64,000 nt of DNA, from NCBI GenBank assembly GCA_973895155.1, contig OZ316894.1, positions 16,112,699-16,176,698 on the forward strand. Reading direction: 5' to 3'. Origin of the DNA: Marsupella aquatica. Its lineage: Eukaryota; Plantae; Marchantiophyta. Positions 24,731 to 38,148 of the stretch are shown piece by piece; the first letter of the stretch is position 1, and the number at the start of each line of letters is the position of its first letter. Below the pieces are notes generated by a model. It did no database searches. It was not told where the DNA came from and worked only from the letters and a program-made list of their open reading frames with translations. Position numbers and translations under genes: made by a program.

Positions 24731-25819
24731 GAGATTCTATTATGATTTCTACCTGGTCTTCACAAAGTGACGAGTACCACACGCATGGTGGTGGACTCTG
24801 ATCTTAATACATAGTAAGTAGAAATTGAACACAATGGACATACGGGACATATGCACAAATTCGAAGTCGATGACCGTCACTTCTCATCTACAGGATTAAC
24901 TTGCACAAGTCCATACCGCCAAACTTACACGAACGAAGGAACTCTCCAAATTTTCAATGCCCTAACCAATCTAATGATGAAGCGTTCAATGGGGAGCAGA
25001 ATCTTCTGTGTGTTTTTGTAATCACCCATCTGCGTATTGTAAAGAACTAAGGCCATTTTGTATCCATCACTATGTGACCTGCCACGTAGGTCCACTCCCT
25101 TGCCAAGGAGGATATGGGAGGGACAGGGCTAGAGCTGACTAGGTTATTGTGTTTGCGGGAGGGAGGGCGGTTGTGCTGACTGGAAGGGGCTGCCAGGATG
25201 TACCTCTGCTGACTGGGAGGGGCAACTGGATAATGAATTCTTTTAAAAAAAATTCTACCAGTATTTTTTCTAGAATACTCTGAATTTTGGCTTTAAAACG
25301 TTTCTGTTTTTTCACACAAATTATAAGTCTTGCACTTAATCCAATTAAAAAAGTAGTTTGGTACCTTGTCCTCCCGGCTTCCTGTTGCTGTTCTTAATTT
25401 TGATCATAGGGGTGCCCCTCAGATTGTCTTAAATTGGTACATCAAAGTTGTGGGCTCATGAAACGGTAGATGAAGTCCATATGGACAGGCTCATTGAGTA
25501 ATCTAGACCATGAAGTCATTTGGATCTGTACATCAATGCCCATTTGTTTCCCTATACTCTCAAATTCCCTCTATCTTCACAATCAGTGGAGTTCATGGGC
25601 TTCATCACCAATCTTCCATCACTTCCATGTTGCACTTCATTGTTTATGTCCCATTGATTTTGAAATTATCATCTGCCCAAGCTATCTTTTCTCTTCATGC
25701 CTTTCAACATTTTCATGTAGTTCACTTAGAAGTTTAAGCTTGGATGATCCTCAACCCATTCCCAATGGCAGTCTCTATATGGATGAAACTTGGCATACAT
25801 TTTATTGTAAAACCATAAT

Positions 25820-26640
25820 TTAAAGAGCTTTCCAATGACTATAATGCTACCAAATATCATGAACAATTGAGGTGATGATGACTCTCTCAACTTCTTTGCC
25901 CGTGCTTGAAAGTCTAGCTATGGCATCAACAAAAAATGATTTTCAAATTTCTCTCTCATCTCTCACTGAAACAGTTTGTGCTTAGAATTCTTAGAACCAT
26001 TTTTGAATGAGCCCAACATTGCCAAATTCTGTCAACTATTTAAGAGTTCCATTTTGGGGGGACTGTTAACGGATCCTTGACAGTCTCTCATCTCTCGATT
26101 AAAACTTGCATGCTTAGAATTCTTAGAAATGCTCATAATATGCTAAATTTTCATTAAGTGTTAAAGAGCTCATGGATTTCTAATTTGCACTGCCTTTCCT
26201 TGAAAATCTAGTTATGTCCTCAACAACAAAATTTCAAAAAAATTCACTCATCTTAATGAAACCTTATATGCTTAAACATTAGAAGCATTTTAGAAATAAC
26301 TTCCCAAAGAAGTTAACGTTGACAAAACTCATCAAGTACTAAGAATATCATGATTGTTTGAATTTCTCTAGCTTTCCAATGAGCCTAACATAGGCAGATT
26401 TTGTCCTGTATTAAGGACAACACGTGTTCTAAATTTTTCTAGCTTTCCAACAAGTCTAACATTGGCAGATTTAATCAAGCACTAATACGTCATGTGTTTT
26501 GAATTTCTCTAGCTTTCCAATGTGCCTAACATTGGTCCATTGTTTCAAGTAGTAAGAGAATCATGAGTTTTTGAATTTCTCTAGCCGTCTAATTGGTGAT
26601 CCATTGGCAGATTTTGTCACTACTGAGGAGATCAACTATT
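25820..26640. repeat. Degenerate repeat array (ctagctttccaat...cctaacattggcagatt, ~70 bp), possibly part of a DNA transposon hosting the copia insertion
   Basis: The motif recurs ~5 times at 26360-26620, with weaker copies to the left; AT-rich and non-coding. Confidence 0.55.
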
Positions 26641-26656
26641 TTGTTTTGCAGTATAT

Positions 26657-29600
26657 TGTTGAGCATAGACGACATTCGTAACGACAAGCCCATGAACCAT
26701 CCAATGCACAATAGTCGACACAGAGAGATACGTGGTTCACCTCCACATGAGGCTACGTCCACGGGAACACACAAGAGCTTTACTGCACTCTAGGCCGACC
26801 GGCCATACCAAGCATCCACAGCACAAGCTCTCCCAATCTCTCAACTAGCTCCGTAACAATGAGCCTAAGTTCCACCAGGGTCTGGCATCAGCCCTGGCTA
26901 TATGCACAACAGCACTACCGCTAACCTTAGCTAGGTCCTAACCCGAGTTAGCCTAACTGTGGTTAGCACAAGAGTCACAAGACTAGAGCAATATCTAACA
27001 AACTCCCCCTTGACTCTTGTCTTGGGGACTGGACTAAATGCTACCATATGGAATCCTCAGCGGGAAGTTCTAGACAATCACCAAACCAGGTCTCCCCCTA
27101 AAAACCACAAGGGTTAACTAAGGGTTAACTAGAACTAAGCCGTAGCCTAACAGGAATGAGTAATCCATATACAAATAGTCACACATTTCTAAATAACTCT
27201 ACTTGCACTACAATTGCAAAACCTGCAAAGTAGCACGGTGTCTTGAGAAACTCTCCAAAGGAATCACTTTGGTAAAAGCATCAGCGGGATTGAGCTTTCC
27301 ATCAATCTTGACAGCTCAAAATTTTTATCAGACACTACTTGCTTGATAAAATGGTACCTGATATCAATGTGCTTCACCCTGCTATCCATCACCTGGTTAG
27401 CAGCCAAGTGAAGAGCACTCTGACTATCACAGTTTAGAGTCATCTTTCCATGCTCTAAACCCATCTCCGCGATCAACTTATCCAACCAAATTGCTTCCTT
27501 TGCAGCTTCTGCTGCTGCAACATACTCTGCTTCTGTAGTAGACTGAGATATGCACTTTTGCAAGGTAGATTTCCAACTGATACATCCTCCTCCAAGAGTG
27601 TATACAAACCCAGTTGTAGATCTCCTTGTATCCAGACAGCCTCCATAGTCAGAATCTACATAGCCAACTAACGTTCTATTTGATCTGTTATCAAATAGTA
27701 ATCCATAGTCCTGTGTTCCCTTCAGATACCTGAGAATCCACTTCACAGCTTCCCAATGTATCTTCCCTGGATTTGACATGAATCTGCTAACCTTGCCCAT
27801 CGCTAGGGCCAAGTCAGGCCTAGTATAAGTCATCAAATACATCAGACTGTCTACTGCCTTCTCATAAGGAATCTTAGCCATCAGACCTCTCTCCATAGCA
27901 TCCGTAGGAGAGAAAGCTGATGATAACTTGAAATGTGAAGCTAAAGGAATACTCACTGGCTTACAATTTTCCATGTTGAATCGTGCAAGTACTTTCCTCG
28001 CATACTGGCCTTGACTCAAGCACAACTGTCCAATCTCAGAGTTCCTAAAAATCTCCATCCCTAAGATTCTCTTGGCCTTACCAAGATCCTTCATCCTAAA
28101 TTCAACACTCAATTTCGCCTTGAGACTATCAACCTCAGATTGATCTTTAGCCACAATCAACATGTCATCCACATAGATAACTAGAATGATGAAACCAAAT
28201 ACATCATTCTTGACTGATTTCGTATACACACAAGGATCATACACCATCCTTGTAAAACCTTGAATAAGCATGAAATCATCAAACCGCTTGTTCCACTGTC
28301 TGGGAGACTGCTTCAATCCATACAAGGACTTGAGCAATTTGCAAACTAAGTTCTCTTGGCCCTTCTTCATAAAGCCTAGTGGCTGTCTCATGAAGATCAT
28401 CTCTTCCAAGTTGCCATAGAGAAAAGCAGTAACAACATCCATCTGATCCATCACCAGACCAAAAAACACAACAAGCTAACACAAGATCCGAATTGTGGAA
28501 TACTTAGCAACCGGTGAAAAGACCTCATTGTAATCCACTCCTTTCTCCTGAGTGAATCCCTTGGCAACAAGCCTTGCCTTGTAGATCTTCTCCCCGCCCT
28601 CTGAAGGACTATCCTTCAACTTGTAAATCCACTTGCTGTCCACCACTTGCTAACCTCTTGGAAGCTCCACCAGCTCCCATGTCTTGTTGTCACTCAAAGA
28701 TTGCAACTCCCTCTGCATTGTTGCATTCCACTCATGCTTCTGCTCTGAAGCACAAGCCTCACTATACAAAGAAGGCTCTCCTTCTTCCAAGATCAAAGCC
28801 ATATCATCTTCATCAGGTGCAATGTCAATATCATCTAGCTTAGATGAATCTGCCCATTGACCATACCTGGTGGGAGCTCTAGTAGAACGACTGGAAGTTC
28901 TTCTAGTAGATGACTCAGGCTGATCTGTTGCTGCTGCTGGTTGAATTTGAGGTACCCCAACAACAAATTGCTCCTCTTGTTCCATCATAGGAACCAGCTC
29001 CAAGCCTGGAGCTTCTCCATCTCTCCTGTCATGAACTGCATCATGACTAATCTCCCCCTCAACCCGGTCCGGGATGGGAGATTTCCCCTTGTCAGTATGG
29101 GAGTCCTGAGAACTCTCAGGGCCTTTGATGATCTGGATTCATTAAAGGACACATCTCTACTGACAATTAGTTTATAGGTTATTGGATCCCATAACCTATA
29201 ACCCTTCACACCTTTCTGATAACCAAGGAAAATGCACTTCTTTGACTTGGACTCCAGCTTGGATCGAAGCTGGGAAGGTGTAAGCACATAAGCATCACAT
29301 CCAAAAATCCTCAGATGTGAGTAATCTGTTGGATGCCCGTACTTCATTTCAAATGGCGTCTTGAATTCAATAGAACTGGATGGAGAAAAATTTACCAAAT
29401 AAGCTGTAGTGTTGACAGCTTCAGCCCAAAACTCATGTGGTAAGCCCTCAACATACTCCTCGAGCGATCCAATAGTGTTCGGTTGAGTCTCTCAGAAACA
29501 CCATTCTGCTGAGGAGTATAACTTGTTGTGAGATGGCGGGTAATCCCCTGCTCCTTACAATTATACGTTCTAAATTCCCTGGAACTGTATTCACCGCCGT

Positions 29601-32600
29601 TATCCGATCGAAGATATCTCACCTTATTACCAGTCTGATTCTCAACTTGGGCTTTCCACTCCTTAAAAGTGGCAAAAACATCAGACTTATTGTGTAGAAA
29701 GTATATCCACACATACCTTGAGTAATCGTCTATGAACGTGACATAGTATAAGCATCCAGAATGTGAGGGAGTAGGGGCTGGATCCCACACATCACTATGT
29801 ACATACTCAAGTACCTCCTTGCTGGTGTGAGTTCCAACTCCGAAGGGTTTCCTATGCTGCTTCCCTAGCACACAGTGCTCACAAAATTCCAACTTACAAG
29901 ATAGCAAATTAGAAAGTAATCCTTTCTTCTGAAGAATAACCAAACCTTTTTCACTCATGTGGCCCAAACGGAAGTGCCACAGCCGGGCCGTCTCCTCATG
30001 AGATAAGGTTACATTGGCTTCATCACAAACTATACTGCCCTCCAAAACGTATAGATTGCTATGTCTCTTTCCCTTCAATACAACTTTAGTACCAGTTGAA
30101 ACCTGAAGGATACCATTAGCAGAGCTCCACTGATGGCCATTTGCTTCTAAAACTCAAAGTGAAATGAGATTTTTCATCATGCTGGGAATATGTCTCACAT
30201 TCCTCAATGTTCTCACAACACCATCAAACATCTGAAATCTTACAGATCCAAGTCCAACAACTTGACATGGGATTCCATTTCCCATCAACACTGACCCGTT
30301 GGAAACAGTGTAAGAACTGAAACAATCTCTCCTAGAGCAAATGTGAAAAGTACATGCACTATCTAGAATCCAATCATCACTACCTGGATTTGACACTACG
30401 TTGAGAGCATAATCTTGACATCACAATATGTCATCATCATCGAGTAAATCTACCTCATGCGAGCTCGATGCCGCATTAGCAGAGGTAGTAGGGACCTTTA
30501 CTCGACAATCCCTTTACATGTGGTCAGGCTTGCCACAATTCCAACATGCAAGAGGCTTCATCTCTTGCGATTTCCCTCTGGATTTAAATCTCCCCCGTGA
30601 TGTAGATCTAAACATGTTCTACCCATTTGTGCGCTGCGCTGCTCTTCCCCTGTTCACATTCAGCGCAGTGCCAGAAGAAGATGCTGTCTGTGATTGACCC
30701 AGCTTCTTCTTAGCATCATCAGACAGTAATGAGCTCACCACCTCATTATATGAAATGGACTTCAAATCTCTGTACAAGAGCACCTGTTTCAAGCCCTAAT
30801 AATACGGCGGTAAGGAGCTTAGCAGAAGCAAGGCCTTATCCTCATCTTCAACTCCTTTTCCCAGGTTTGACAGATCCACCGCTAGACTGTCAAATTCAAC
30901 CAGGTGATCTTGCATCTTGCTCCCTTCCTTGACCCTAAGGCTCATCAAGAGAGACTTCTTGTACAGCCGGTCTGACGCATCTTCCCGGTAGTACTTCTCT
31001 CTTAGAGCCTTGAACAGTGACGTGCAATCCGCATAATCATCCAGCTGCTTGATGATGTGCGGCTTGAGATATAGCATCACTGCATTGACAGCAATCACCT
31101 GCTCCTGTCTCCACTATCTCAAAGAAATCTCCTCCTCTCCATCATACTGCTCTCGCGAAGAGAGCAGATGAGCTAAGCCCATGGCCCGTAGAACACCATT
31201 CACTTGCTTCTCCCATAGCAAGTAGTCAGTACGACCATCGTACTTCTCCACCTCAAACTTTACTCCTCCAAATCTAGCCATCTCCCTCTTTTTCCCTACT
31301 ACCAACAGCTCTGGTAGTAACACAGCTTCCTCCACTGCACGTCGCACCGGTGATCGTACCGGTGTCAGTAGTTCCTCCTCAAACGGTAGCAGCTCCTCCT
31401 CAGACTCACCGTCTGATCGTCACAATCCTGAAGCTCCACCGACGCCAATTCTTCCAGTATCCTCCGAGTCACTCATATGAAACAATCACGAAAAAATGTT
31501 TTTTTTCAAAACTTCTCATAAAACTCAAAACTCAACACCGCCGCGTAGCCCACGAAGCTAGGAGTCCAATACTGAAAGCCAAAATCAAAATCAAAATTCG
31601 ACGGAAAAGTTATTCAAATTTCGGTCGGGGTGGGTAAAACCTTGGGAAACTCCCCCGTTTTGACCACCTCGGAGAATAACCAAAATACAAAGTACAACCC
31701 GTCGTCAGAATCGCGATGTGATCGGTGCGCCGCGTTGCTAACTCCAGTGGCAACGTCCTTGCCAAAAAAGAACTAAAAAAGTTACCGTTCAGCGGACGGA
31801 ATCTTTGTCGGACGGCCAAAAAATAGCTCTATGTTTTTGGGGGAATATTCCCGCACAGTCCAACAGGGGGAACGGCCCCCCGTTCCCCCTGTTGGAGCGG
31901 TTAAAACGGAGGGTCATAGGGCCCGGGATGAGGCACAACCAATGAGGAGGAGGAGAGAAAAAAAATTCAGAAAAACACACTCTAAAGGGGTCTTAAAGCC
32001 CCTGGCAAAGGCGCGCGTATTTGCGGCAACACGCGCATATTCGCGGCCAGAATCGCGTATAAACAGCAAAAAATGTGGGAAAAACAGGGTTAAAGGGGTC
32101 AAAATGCGCATATTTTCGCGTATTTGGGCCGTATATGGGCGTTTTTGGCCGTATTTGGGCCCCAAAAAGCACATTTTCACGCTTAAAGGGGTGTGGGAGG
32201 CCGGTGTGCGCGCCGGGGCGTATGGTGAACCTGGTTTGTTGGGTATTGGGGCCGTATTGGGGCAAAAAATGCCCTAAACTAACCTTAAAAATGTGCCCAA
32301 AATGACACAAAGGCCGTGTTACAAACCTCAGCCGCCTCCGCTTTGGTTTCCAATGAGAAAAGTGATGACCGCCGACATGAAAATGTTTCCGAATTGCACC
32401 GGCACGTCTGAAGCTCCACCAGAGAAAGAACTTCTGTTGCGTCGCCTTCACTCCGCGTCAAGTGCCAATCCCGGACTCAAAACGACCGTCTCGCCACGAT
32501 CTCTCCGTTGAGCCTCAACACTTCGCGTTTCTTCCACTTGTTGAGCATAGACGACATTCGTAACGGCAAGCCCATGAACCATCCAACGCACAATAGTCGA

Positions 32601-32882
32601 CACAGAGAGATACGTGGTTCACCTCCACATGAGGCTACGTCCACGGGAACACACAAGAGCTTTACTGCACTCTAGGCCGACTGGCCATACCAAGCATCCA
32701 CAACACAAGCTCTCCCAATCTCTCAACTAGCTCCGGAACAATGAGCCTAAGTTTCACCAGGGTCTGGCATCAGCCCTGGCTATATGCACAACAGCACTAC
32801 CGCTAACCTTAGCTAGGTCCTAACCCGAGTTAGCCTAACTGTGGTTAGCACAAGAGTCACAAAACTAGAGCAATATCTAACA
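26657..32882 (-). mobile_element. Full-length (6.2 kb) Ty1/copia LTR retrotransposon, defective, TSD TATAT
   Basis: 3' LTR 26657-27000 and 5' LTR 32539-32882 (344 bp each, 7 differences by my count). TATAT on both flanks; PPT (AAGGGGGAG) at ~27003-27012. Domain order gag-PR-IN-RT-RH. Confidence 0.97.
27250..31476 (-). pseudogene. copia gag-pol, broken by stops and frameshifts
   Basis: Gag (30796-31347), protease WILDSAC (30154-30396), integrase WHFRLGH/CEHC/HSDVW/RSDNGGEY/QNGVSER (29392-30078), RT QMDVVTAFL/SLYGLKQ/YVDDM and RNaseH YVDSD/TEAEY/CDSQSA (27264-28469). Confidence 0.95.
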
Positions 32883-33138
32883 TATATATGGACCCTAAGA
32901 TGTTCCAATTGTTTATGTGTTACTGGTTGGGTTTTCCATCAATCTAAAAAATATCAAAATACAAATATTTGATGTAAAACACTAATATGTCACTAACAGT
33001 ACATTCAATTGGCTATTTTCTTTACCCCTTTGTTTGCTATTTTTTAGAGTTTGTTTGTTTTAATATTACTATGTCTAGCTGTTTTTCCTTGCCTCTTGTC
33101 AAACAGAAACAATCATGTTTGTTTCTTGTTCAAAATAT

Positions 33139-36035
33139 CATTGTTCTTGTTTGTCCCCAAATGTGCTGATGTGGCTGCACGTGGTGCCAGAGATTTTTAA
33201 AAGAGCTTCCTATGGAGGTCTGTAGCCATATATCTATTCACCAATGATGGTGTGTAGGAACAGAATAATTCAGGGCCCTAGGTTCCCAAGGGCAAGTGCT
33301 TTTATGGGGATGGTGAGATCTTTAACAGACTTTTAAGTATCCTTGACTGATGGATGGGGGCAATGATGAAGAGGAAATAGCATGTAATCCTTTTTTCTCC
33401 AAGGTTTTTTTCCTCTGCATATCACTTTAAGTTCAAGGAACAGGTAATTGGCTAATGTTGAATGAAAGTTGGCTATTAGACTAGTTGGAATTAGTTTGTG
33501 GACCCCCTGGCTACATATTTTAGGCCTTGTTTGAGCTTGCGTTTTGAGAGGCTAATATGGTCCATAATGCTCTGCTAGCACACATTAAAACACTGAAGGT
33601 CTATGAGATATTTTCACTAATTTAAGAACATTAATTAATAAAACCAAGGAACAATTTTGTTTACGCTAGTTGATTTGGGCATTGGATGACACTATATTTG
33701 ACCACTAAATTGCCCTAGGCACTCAATTTGAGTTGAGAATCTTGATTACTTTCTCCAGATCAATTGAGAAATATGCTTTTCTAAGCAAGGAACCCTAAGC
33801 TTTCTAGTAGCTGAGTCCTCTTTGTAGAATATTTGTCACCTGATTTGTCTATGTACTTTCAAATTATTGGAAATTCTGGAGATTTCACTGAAGTCTGAAT
33901 TTGGCAAGTTTTGAATTAGAGGTTAATAGCCTCATGACCTTGACGCAACTATCCACCAAATGGAGAAGGGCAGCGCTTAAGCTTTCAAATGAGAGAAGTC
34001 TGATTAAGAAGAGAAGCTGGTAATCATGTTGTGTTCGACAAATAGGTTAGATTTTACAACTTGTATTGTTTAGATTAAATTAGATTTTCTCACGAAATCA
34101 ATTTTGACCCATTCAGCCATGCCTGAGCAGTTGACATTTTTTCAACTGCCACATGAATACTTTGCTTTGCAGGCCAAAGTGGACAGCATGGTTATCACAA
34201 GTAGTTGTCAAAATCAGGTTTTTTTGCTACATGCAACCAAATTCTCAAGCTACAAGAGTCAATAGTCAATTTGTGGCAAGTCCATTTGAAACCAGATCAA
34301 TGTCTGATCAAATGAATTGAATCAATTCATTGAGTTCAAGTTCCGACCATAGCTGGCAGTTTGCCTGAATTGCAAAAGGCTTAAAATCTTACTCCATGTG
34401 CCAATTACCCTTTAACAAGGAAGTTATCAAGTTAGTTATTAGTCATTGTTTATTATTTGAAAGATACTTTTTAAATCTTTGAATTTAATTTTTAAAATTG
34501 GATACGTAACTAAAACGGTTACATAGTGACAGTTTTACCGGTCTTGCTCTTTACATTTCTAAATGTTTACATTTCTTTTTACGGCATGGCATCCCAAAAA
34601 TTACATACAATTTGATGCAAACACAAATGAAAATTGTAAGTTGATTCATAAACCTGATGAATCTTGTTTGTTGCGGTTGTTGTTGATGTGGGACTCTCTG
34701 GTGCCAGGAATTTTGGAAGGGACCTCTCATGGTGTCCATAAACATCTTCCCAAGTTATTTCTATTGAACCTAATAACACCCAATTCCCCTGCATAATCCA
34801 ATTCTCTGCAAATCAAAAACTTTAGGAAACTAGAAAAGTGTAGAGTGAATGACCAGGTAATCTTTGGAAAAGTGTACACAAAGACCAACCACAGGTAAAC
34901 TGTGTTGTTAGTAGGATGATCAGGTTCAAACACTGAAGCCTGGATGGACCTCTAAAATTTCCAAAACATTGGGATGGACTTTTCTAACCGGGATGGATGG
35001 CAGCCAAACTTTCCTTTTTGCTCAGATAACACACATGTGAAATGTGATGGAAAACTAGAGAGTCACGTTTGAAATTAGTAGCTCTCAATGTTTAATGAAA
35101 ATTGGCTATATTAGACTCTTTGGCAAGATCTTTTGAAGCTGCTTCCACTTAAAGCACAACTCCCCTTCAAAAGCTACGGGTTACCCGTAGTTACCATTAA
35201 AAGGAGAATTTTCCTGAAATTGTGGAGCAAACTGGCATACTAGAGGAGAACAGTGATTGAAATGTGGAAAAAAGGGGAGGTCTTGGACACTTCCCCTTAT
35301 ATAGGGGAAGTTGTGGTTTAAGCCAAGAACAGCCAATTCAGCTACATGTACGGGGCAAAATTAAAAGGTAGAATTGAAAGGTCAAAAACTTTCACTAATG
35401 AGAAGAGTGTACAGTGAGTGACCAGGTCATCTTTGAAAAGTGTACAAAAGACCATCTGGCAGGACCATCAGGTTAGGAAATTGAAGGCTAGATGGACCTC
35501 CATACTTGAATGCCCAAATGTTATGATGGACTGACCTGCATGGTGGCCATATATTCTCCTTTCTGCTCAAACAATATACCACAGCATAGAGTGAAATGTA
35601 TAGGATCATCAAGGGAGAGAGGAGTGGGGGAGTCACTGACTGTAACCCTGTGTCCAGAATGTAAGAACCAGCTGGCTGCCTGCAGCTTTTCAAACATTCT
35701 GGTGACTAGATCAGATTTCATGCCTAATTCTTGTCCAACAAAAGGTTGTCCAGCTATAAATTTATGGGCACATCATTATGAAAATAGTAGCATTGAGTTG
35801 AAATGGTGACCACCAGTAACCCTTCATTGTTCTTGTTGTCCCCGAATGTGCTGATGTGGCTGCATGTGGTGCTAGAGATTTTGAAGAGAACTTCCTATGG
35901 GGGTCTGTAACCATATAGTTATTCACTCAATATGGTGGGTCAGAAGAGAATAAATCAGGACCCTAGGTTCCCAAGGATAAGTGCTTTTATGGGGATGGTA
36001 AGATCTTTAACAAACTTTTAAGTATTCTTGACTGA
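33139..36035. repeat. ~210 bp direct repeat pair (33139-33350 and 35825-36035)
   Basis: cattgttcttgtt.gtcccc.aatgtgctgatgtggctgca.gtggtgc.agagatttt...cctaggttcccaagg...ttttaagtat.cttgactga is present twice. Confidence 0.85.
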
Positions 36036-36840
36036 ATGCACTGTACTCTTCAATTTTCTTATTTCAAAGTCTAGTATTTCTATGTTGGCACCATCCCCCT
36101 TTGCTCAACCTCAAATGTGAAATTTATGTTTTTGCCACTAATGATGGGGAGAGGGAGAAGTCACTTGCAATGGTTGGTGAAGACCATCAATGCACTGGAT
36201 AGGAGACCTCATGTCATTGGGTATTGTCAAGTTGGGCTCATTGTTTTCATTTTTTTTTCTCAGTCCATCAGAGCTGTCAGTGCTCTTGTTTTTGTGTAGT
36301 AGAGCTTTTGATTGTACTTCATTCATTAGTGTTCAATATAGCTCTCAATTTCCTCCAGGTGCCTGGTTTTTGCTCCCCAAAATCTCAATTTGGCTCATCT
36401 AAGCTCTCAAGTTGTTGGGGTCTTGTTCAGGGCTCTTGGTTTGCTCGGTTCCCTTTTAGTACTCTGGCTCTCATTCATTAGAGCTCTCGGTTTCATTTGA
36501 AAATGTTCTCAGCTTGTTTCCATTCAGAGGTGTTAGTTTGTTTGGTTTGCTCTGGTACGCTCTTAGTGCTCTTGTTTAGTTTCAACATAGCTCTCATTTG
36601 TCTAGTTCAGCAGAGCTCTCATTTAGCAGAGTGCTTGGTTTTGGTTAGACTTTTCCAGTCCAGTAAAGCTTGTCCAAAAGAGCAAAGGTCCCCTATCAGT
36701 CACAGTTACCAGATGATGATACTAGATGACAACACTATATCTCCTTGCATTTTGATCTGCATATTTCAACGGTTCATTGAACCTCATTTGTGACATTATC
36801 TGATAGTTTTATGGACCTCGGCCCCGGCTAGGACATTCTC

Positions 36841-36995
36841 ACCATGCCCAGCTCCATATGATCATATCAAATAACACCATGCCCAGCTCCATATGATCAT
36901 ATCAAATAACACCATGCCCAGCTCCATATGATCATATCAAATAACACCATGCCCAGCTCCATATGATCATATCAAATAACACCATGCCCAGCTCC
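36841..36995. repeat. Perfect 35-bp minisatellite x4.4
   Basis: accatgcccagctccatatgatcatatcaaataac starts at 36841, 36876, 36911 and 36946, with a partial copy at 36981. Confidence 0.97.
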
Positions 36996-37786
36996 CTGAG
37001 TGTCAAGACATACCCATTGCAAAACCAAGTCCAAGAAAACACCTTAATGAAGGTGGTCACCAGGTGGTGCTAGTAGCAGCACCATGAATTCCTTGTCAGC
37101 CTGGTCGCAGTGTTATCAGTAGCATCGCCAGCAAAGAAAAGGGCAGAGAGTTATGCCCCCAACTAGAAGCGCACCAGGGATTGTGACTGACTCCCTCGCT
37201 GGTCAGGGTCTGGTAACTCCCAATTGGGAACTCAAATTGTCAAACTTGATTCGTCACCGGTCCGGGCTACTCTTTCTCTCAAATGAAACCATTGGGTTGG
37301 GGGCCAAATATAATTGACCAAGGCTGGTCTGAGCAGGTCTCCAAAAGTATATGTAAAGGAGTAAGATTAGGTTACCCTTGCTCACAAAGAGATCCATGCA
37401 AACGAGAGCTCATCAGTGATGTCCACAAGGCAACTGTTGTTAGTGACCAAGCGTTGTCAACCAGGTTGTAGGGACTCAACACTGGTTAGCCACAAGAGAT
37501 CTTATTGCCCTGAGATTGTCACATGATTGAATACTCCGATGGTTTCCATCGTCCTTGGGTTGCATTCACACACCCCCATACCCGCCTCCCTATTTCTCGA
37601 ATGCCCTCATCCGCCATCACAGTAGGTGCCACCCTGGCGCACTATGCTCTAAAGGTGATGGGAACTCCCAGATTCTCCGATGTGGCAATCTCACGACCTT
37701 AGGATCTTGTACAGTTAACCAAGGTTAAGTCACTTCATCAGCGACAAAAAATGTGACATCCTAATAATCAATCTAAAAAGTAGGGG

Positions 37787-37923
37787 CCGAGGTGGAAATG
37801 TAATAAAACCCAGTTGCAATTATTGCAAACCGTGGATAAGTGCAGACCAGGCCTTCTTGCAGAGGCCTTGCACTTATCCACGGTTCACGGTAATTGCAAC
37901 AGAAGAGAAAACAACCACCTCGG
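37787..37923. other. Long imperfect inverted repeat (fold-back) upstream of prefoldin 1
   Basis: Nested paired arms: ccgaggtgg/ccacctcgg, gttgcaatta/taattgcaac, a perfect 17-bp aaccgtggataagtgca (37828-37844)/tgcacttatccacggtt (37869-37885), and aggcct/aggcct. Confidence 0.85.
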
Positions 37924-38148
37924 TAGGATGGCGAAGAAGAATTAACAACCACCTCGCAGGGTGGACGAAGAAGATCTTCGCAGCACGAGACGAAAACAGC
38001 GGATTGTGCTTGCTGGGCTGAGGTTTAGCATATAGTTGTAGAAAGAAAGATAATCTGCCCAGCGACGAGGCTTTGCATTCGGCCAAGAAGAGCGGAGCAG
38101 CTCAGCGCAGGGGTTGCGACTCTGTTATCGTTTCGTCGCACGTTGGAG

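Noticed and set aside
32500-32545. PBS loss explained by splicing of the genomic RNA
   Set aside because: No GT-AG placement reproduces the observed junction; it fits a 5-bp microhomology instead.
36841-36995. 35-bp repeats of CRISPR-like length
   Set aside because: They are head-to-tail with no spacers, so this is a minisatellite.
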